In this document: piece after piece, positions 30,504 to 32,084 of the stretch
Position numbering within the stretch: the first letter of the stretch is position 1
Layout: each line of letters begins with the position of its first letter
NCBI GenBank assembly: GCA_947631725.1
Contig: CANRML010000003.1
Coordinates: 1-32,084 of the forward strand
Direction: 5' to 3'
DNA length: 32,084 bases
Origin: an uncultured Clostridia bacterium
GTDB taxonomy: Bacteria > Bacillota > Clostridia > TANB77 > CAG-508
The notes under the pieces: generated by a model
The model's database searches: none
What the model was told of the DNA's origin: nothing
What the model saw: the letters and a program-made list of their open reading frames with translations, nothing else
Program-made: the position numbers and the translations under genes

Positions 30504-30549
30504 TTGCCAAATTCAAATTTTTGTAATATAATCGTAACATAATTGTAAT
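30504..30549 (+). promoter_or_regulatory. mreB promoter overlapped by triple WalR-type boxes
   Basis: TTGCCA (30504-30509), 17 nt spacer, TATAAT (30527-30532). TGTAAT-ataat-CGTAAC-ataat-TGTAAT at 30522-30549. Confidence 0.6.
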
Positions 30550-30580
30550 ATAAATGAAAACAAGTGAAGGAGGAAGTATA

Positions 30581-31582
30581 TTGAAATTTGGACAAGATGT
30601 AGGAATTGATTTGGGAACAGCTACAGTAATTGTATATGTAAAAGGAAAAGGAATTGTATTAAGAGAACCTTCAGTTGTGGCTGTGAATAATAACACAGGA
30701 GAAGTCTTAGCAGTAGGTGGAGAAGCTAGAAGAATGCTAGGAAGAACACCAGGAAATATTGTTGCAACAAGACCTTTAAGAGATGGTGTTATATCAGATT
30801 ATACAGTTACTGAAAAAATGTTAAAACATTTCATAGGAAAAGTTTGTGGAAAATTTATTTTTGCACCTAGAATAATGATATGTATTCCTTCACAAGTTAC
30901 AGAGGTGGAAAAAAAGGCAGTAATAGATGCTGCAACACAAGCAGGCGCTAGAAAAGTATATTTAATAGAAGAACCTATAGCTGCTGCTATTGGTGCAGGA
31001 ATTGATATATCAAAACCTTGTGGAAATATGGTTGTAGATATAGGAGGAGGGACAACTGATATTGCAGTTATTTCATTAGGCGGATCAGTTGTAAGTTCTT
31101 CAATAAAAGTAGCAGGAGATAAATTTGATGAAGCAATTGTAAAATATATTAAGAGAAAGCATAATATTGTTATAGGAGAAAGAACAGCAGAAGATTTGAA
31201 AGTAAATATTGGCTGTGTATTTCCAAAAATACAAGATGCAGAAATGGATATAAGAGGAAGAGATTTAACATCAGGATTACCAAAAACAATTACTATTCAC
31301 TCAAGTGAAATGCTAGAAGCATTAATTGAACCAGCAATGTTAATAGTAGATGCTGTACACAATGTATTAGAAAAAACACCACCTGAATTAGCAGCAGATA
31401 TTAGTGATAAAGGAATATATATGACAGGTGGAGGATGTTTAATTGATGGACTAGATAAATTATTACAAGAAAAAACAGGAATAAATGTTATGATAGCACA
31501 AGATACAGTATCTTGTGTGGCATTAGGAACAGGAAAGGCATTAGAAAATTTGGATGCATTAGATGGAAAAGCAAAAAGATAA
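30581..31582 (+). CDS. mreB: Rod shape-determining protein MreB/Mbl
   Basis: GIDLGTA, EPSVVA, RPLRDGVI, IEEPIAAAIGAG, VDIGGGTTD, TGGG. TTG 30581 follows AGGAGG. No mreC follows, so it is probably the mbl-type paralogue. Confidence 0.93.
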   Translation: MKFGQDVGIDLGTATVIVYVKGKGIVLREPSVVAVNNNTGEVLAVGGEARRMLGRTPGNIVATRPLRDGVISDYTVTEKMLKHFIGKVCGKFIFAPRIMICIPSQVTEVEKKAVIDAATQAGARKVYLIEEPIAAAIGAGIDISKPCGNMVVDIGGGTTDIAVISLGGSVVSSSIKVAGDKFDEAIVKYIKRKHNIVIGERTAEDLKVNIGCVFPKIQDAEMDIRGRDLTSGLPKTITIHSSEMLEALIEPAMLIVDAVHNVLEKTPPELAADISDKGIYMTGGGCLIDGLDKLLQEKTGINVMIAQDTVSCVALGTGKALENLDALDGKAKR

Positions 31583-31592
31583 AAATGATGAT

Positions 31593-31626
31593 TAAAGCAG
31601 ATACAAAAAAGTATCTGCTTTAAAAA
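31593..31626. terminator. Terminator after mreB
   Basis: Perfect hairpin TAAAGCAGATAC-aaaaaa-GTATCTGCTTTA. Confidence 0.8.
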
Positions 31627-31637
31627 AGGTCAAAATA

Positions 31638-31750
31638 TTGAACATAAAATAAATTTGTGATATAATTAACATAAATTATTTTCATTATCTCCTTTTGGAG
31701 TTTGACATATACTTATAAAAGCAACAAAACAATAATTTGTTAAAGGAGGA
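31638..31750 (+). promoter_or_regulatory. SigA promoter, structured leader and RBS with no substantial downstream ORF
   Basis: TTGAAC (31638-31643), 17 nt spacer, TG-n-TATAAT (31658-31666). Hairpin CTCC-tttt-GGAG. RBS AAGGAGG at 31743-31749. Confidence 0.6.
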
Positions 31751-31754
31751 ATTA

Positions 31755-32084
31755 GTTTGAAAGAAAAATTTATAAAAATAAAACCAAAATAAGAAAAAAA
31801 GGGCATAGTTCCCCCTTACCCCCAGAAATTAATTATATAACGGGAGTAGATTCTGATACTTTGGATGTAATAAATGTTTGTAATTCATCAATAGTTATTC
31901 CAAGAGAAATTAATTGCTTTGTAGATTGAATAAAATTATTTTTTGTATATTTAATTTTATCTTTATCAGAGGTTTCAACTTTTGACATATCCGAAGGATT
32001 AAAAAGCTCACCAGTTGAAAGCATGTGATAAATAGCAACTAATATTTTTCTGGCAATAGCAATATAAGCACGTTTTTTTCCTCT
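31755..32084 (-). mobile_element. IS110-family element, 3' end (transposase C-terminus 32084-31833 plus right non-coding end)
   Basis: The minus frame is open from the window edge: RGKKRAYIAIARKILVAIYHMLSTGELFN..., the typical IS110 C-terminal 'KKA.iAiARKll..iy.ml..ge' helix. The element boundary is approximate. Confidence 0.75.

Overview
Very AT-rich, gene-dense chromosomal window from a spore-forming Clostridia-like Firmicute (gpr, ytxC, Asp23-amaP-DUF2273-nusB-xseAB synteny, SigA promoters). It is mostly housekeeping: L20 leader-infC-rpmI-rplT, pth, rng, rimO, trpS, obg, nusB, xseAB, fhs, gpr, a DUF4912/GH57 glycogen pair, 6S RNA, prmC, whiA, hemW, an acyltransferase/TetR/acyl-CoA ligase block, mreB, and the 3' end of an IS110-family transposase at the right edge. 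The main signal is that three conserved genes (pth, nusB, and xseA twice) are each broken by a +1 frameshift, and all four shifts fall exactly on an in-frame CGG codon (CGG-A, CGG-A, CGG-A, CGG-T). Skipping the C and reading GGN restores full-length proteins. In my manual scan these are the only in-frame CGG codons in the window, about two dozen out-of-frame CGG trinucleotides are harmless, and CGA is read normally as Arg. This suggests codon-specific recoding (CGG as an obligatory +1 shift or a 4-base CGGN codon), although a systematic sequencing artefact must be excluded. Secondary signals are an ATC start for infC, triple WalR-type boxes before mreB and an orphan gene, and an IS110 end lying directly behind a promoter and RBS.
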